64,000 nucleotides of DNA from assembly GCA_035687145.1 (NCBI GenBank), contig DASRYM010000091.1, positions 9,228 through 73,227 on the forward strand. Direction: 5' to 3'. This DNA is from Candidatus Zixiibacteriota bacterium (lineage in GTDB: Bacteria; Chloroflexota; Limnocylindria; QHBO01). The position numbers and the translations under genes are program-made. This document shows, in pieces, positions 61,961 to 64,000 of this stretch (positions are counted from its first letter, which is position 1; every line of letters starts with the position of its first letter). The notes under the pieces are model-generated. The model ran no database searches. It had not been told where the DNA came from and was given only the letters and a program-made list of their open reading frames with translations.

Positions 61961-61989
61961 TGTTTCACCGTAAGGTATCACGTGAAACA
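61961..61989. promoter_or_regulatory. parS: parS-like centromere site (split)
   Basis: GGTATCACGTGAAACA (61974-61989) matches the TGTTNCACGTGAAACA consensus at about 13 of 16 positions. A perfect left half-site, TGTTTCAC, lies at 61961-61968. Removing 12 bp (61969-61980) would give a perfect TGTTTCACGTGAAACA. Confidence 0.6.
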
Positions 61990-62100
61990 TGCCGCCTGGA
62001 CCGATGCCGTGGCAGGGCCCCGATACGGCGCCGATAAGCCCGCGATAAGCCCAAAACCGGTAGAATGTGGGTGCCCATCTGAACTCGCTCTGGAGGGTTC

Positions 62101-62862
62101 GTGGTCAGGGTCACGACCTGCACAAACCAGAAGGGCGGTGTCGGCAAGACGACGACCGTTGTGAACCTGGCGGCCTTCCTGGCGCTTTCTGGGACCTCGA
62201 CTCTCGTCATCGATCTCGACCCGCAGGGAAACGCCACCAGCGGCCTCGGGATCGACCGTCGGGCGCTCGATCGATCGGTCTATGACGCGATCGTCGACCG
62301 CGTGCCGATCACCGACCTGATCGTGGGAACTGCGCTCGATGGGCTGGATGTGCTGCCGTCGGCACCGTCGCTGTCGGGAGCCGAGGTGGAGCTGGTGGAG
62401 GTGCCGGCGCGCGAGCGGAGGCTCGCGGCCAGCCTGGCAGGGCTGGACGGTCGCTACGACCGGGTGCTGATCGACTGTCCGCCCTCGCTCGGCCTGCTGA
62501 CGGTCAACGCGCTGACGGCAGCGGATGGGGTGCTCATCCCCATCCAGACCGAGTACTACGCGCTGGAGGGGCTGAGCCAGCTGGTGAACACGATCCGTCG
62601 GGTGCGGGAGAGCCTGAACCCGCGGCTCGAGATCGAGGGAGTGCTGCTGACCATGTACGACGCGCGGACCAATCTCTCGGCGCAGGTCGCCGCCGAGGTC
62701 CGCCGCCACATGAACGGAACGGTGTTCGAGACGGTGGTGCCGCGCAGCGTGCGCCTGTCCGAGGCGCCGAGCCACGGCCTGCCGATCGCCCTCTACGACC
62801 CCTCCTCGCGCGGCGCACGCGCCTACGGCGACCTCGCCGTCGAGGTCATGGCGCGTGGCTAA
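62101..62862 (+). CDS. parA: chromosome partitioning ATPase ParA/Soj
   Basis: The deviant Walker A is NQKGGVGKTTT. GTG start, with RBS GGAGGG 4 nt upstream. Confidence 0.95.
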   Translation: MVRVTTCTNQKGGVGKTTTVVNLAAFLALSGTSTLVIDLDPQGNATSGLGIDRRALDRSVYDAIVDRVPITDLIVGTALDGLDVLPSAPSLSGAEVELVEVPARERRLAASLAGLDGRYDRVLIDCPPSLGLLTVNALTAADGVLIPIQTEYYALEGLSQLVNTIRRVRESLNPRLEIEGVLLTMYDARTNLSAQVAAEVRRHMNGTVFETVVPRSVRLSEAPSHGLPIALYDPSSRGARAYGDLAVEVMARG

Positions 62863-63739
62863 GTCCTTCGGCCTGGGCCGCGGCCTGGACGCCCTGATTC
62901 CCCGCGCCGAGGAGGCGGGCGGCACCCTCCGCGTCCCCATCGACCGCATCCACCGCAACCCGCACCAGCCGCGCAGCGACTTCTCGGACGAGGCGCTCAA
63001 TGAGCTGGCAGCATCCATCGCCGCCCACGGGGTGCTGCAGCCGATCGTGGTCCGCGCCGCACTGGACGGCGGCTACGAGCTGATCGCCGGCGAGCGCCGG
63101 CTGCGGGCCGCGCGGATGGCCGGTTTGGCCGAGATCCCGGCCGTCGTGCGCGACTCGAGCACTGACCAGCTGCTGGCGCTGGCCCTGGTCGAGAACGTCC
63201 AGCGCGAGGACCTGAACCCGATCGAGCAGGCCACCGCCTACCGCGAGCTGATCCACCGCTTCGGGCTGTCGCACGAGGAGGTCGCCCGGCAGGTCGGCAA
63301 GAGCCGGGTGGCGGTCTCCAACGCGCTGCGCCTACTGGACCTGGCGCCCGAGACCCGGCAGGCGATCGTGGACGGCCGCATCACCGAGGGCCATGGCCGG
63401 GCACTGGCGGCGCTCACCGTCCCCGAGCTGCAGCGCGCGGTGCTGCAGGTCGTCCTCGAGCGCGGCCTCTCGGTGCGCCAGACCGAGGAGCTGGTGCGCC
63501 GCAAGCGGGAGACGGTTCGCGAGACCCGGCGCGCGCCGCTGAGCGAGGACCTGGCCGACCTCGAGGCCCAGCTGCGCGGCATCCTGGCCACCAAGGTCGG
63601 CATCGTGCGCACCCGCCGCGGCGGCCGGCTGGTCATCGACTTCTACTCGGACGAGGAATTGGATCGCATCTACGCCATCATCACCCGCGGGGCCGGATCC
63701 CCATCCGCCGCCCATGAGCCGCGACGGGAGGACCGGTAA
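62855..63739 (+). CDS. parB: chromosome partitioning protein ParB/Spo0J
   Basis: Motifs present: GLGRGLDALIP, the ParB box IVVRA...YELIAGERRLRAA, and the HTH region. Confidence 0.95.
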   Translation: MAKSFGLGRGLDALIPRAEEAGGTLRVPIDRIHRNPHQPRSDFSDEALNELAASIAAHGVLQPIVVRAALDGGYELIAGERRLRAARMAGLAEIPAVVRDSSTDQLLALALVENVQREDLNPIEQATAYRELIHRFGLSHEEVARQVGKSRVAVSNALRLLDLAPETRQAIVDGRITEGHGRALAALTVPELQRAVLQVVLERGLSVRQTEELVRRKRETVRETRRAPLSEDLADLEAQLRGILATKVGIVRTRRGGRLVIDFYSDEELDRIYAIITRGAGSPSAAHEPRREDR

Positions 63740-64000
63740 ATGACAGTTCAACCGGCGCGCCGCACGCGTCGCAGGGCGACGGACGAATACACCGCCGCCA
63801 ACATCCAGGTCCTGGAGGGCCTGCAGGCCGTCCGCAAGCGCCCGGGCATGTACATCGGCTCGACCGATGCGCGTGGCCTGCACCAGCTGGTCTGGGAGGT
63901 CGTCGACAACAGCATCGACGAGGCGATGGCCAACGTCGCCACCCGTATCGACGTCACGATCCACGCCGACCACAGCGTGGAGGTGGTCGACGACGGGCGC
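63740..64000 (+). CDS. gyrB: DNA gyrase subunit B, 5' fragment (continues beyond the window)
   Basis: Absent from the ORF track because there is no stop. Hand translation gives ...[49 protein letters not shown]...VVDDGR. Confidence 0.9.
   Translation, partial: MTVQPARRTRRRATDEYTAANIQVLEGLQAVRKRPGMYIGSTDARGLHQLVWEVVDNSIDEAMANVATRIDVTIHADHSVEVVDDGR

Overview
High-GC bacterial chromosomal segment (roughly 70% GC by eye, not computed). No rRNA, tRNA, CRISPR array, transposase or integrase was recognised. Many long ORFs in the track are antisense shadows of real genes. Adjacent genes often overlap as ATGA, GTGA or TGATG, which suggests translational coupling.

Gene order from left to right:
1. 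ECF sigma / anti-sigma pair (1-1162).
2. A DUF4143 AAA ATPase flanked by a diverged ~160-bp direct repeat (1196-2897).
3. Five polytopic GT-C-type putative glycosyltransferases (2852-9673).
4. A large monoderm-style tad (Flp pilus) locus (9.7-27.2 kb):
   - It begins with a DegS/DegU-like two-component pair.
   - It then carries flp, cpaB, REC-tadZ, tadA, tadB and tadC.
   - An OmpR/histidine-kinase pair sits inside it.
   - It ends with two paralogous minor-pilin cassettes (TadE-PKD, TadE, TadG-like) separated by a DUF192 gene and comF.
5. hpf, nfo, an XRE regulator, a UPF0104/PHP pair and mreB.
6. A membrane protein / wHTH / nei operon, followed by murA.
7. The complete F1Fo ATP synthase operon (atpI-like through atpC).
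8. glyA, a GNAT, AcnX large and small subunits, rpiB, tsaC, prmC, prfA, a DUF1385 gene, and rpmE-rpmA-rplU.
9. A DUF2344 gene and an AI-2E transporter.
10. rodA-mrdA-mreD, a LAGLIDADG-like ORF, a parS-like site, parA-parB and the 5' end of gyrB.

The gene content (GT87/GT39 enzymes, a DDN-type deazaflavin enzyme, prfA-prmC-tsaC...atp...murA synteny) suggests an Actinomycetota- or Chloroflexota-like lineage. That is inference only.

Best candidates for follow-up:
- the duplicated PKD-bearing pseudopilin cassettes on a degSU-comF-hpf backbone;
- the five-gene GT-C cluster;
- several unexplained structured or repeated non-coding elements (1196-2897, 11685-11898, 53149-53393);
- a split parS;
- a free-standing LAGLIDADG-like ORF.
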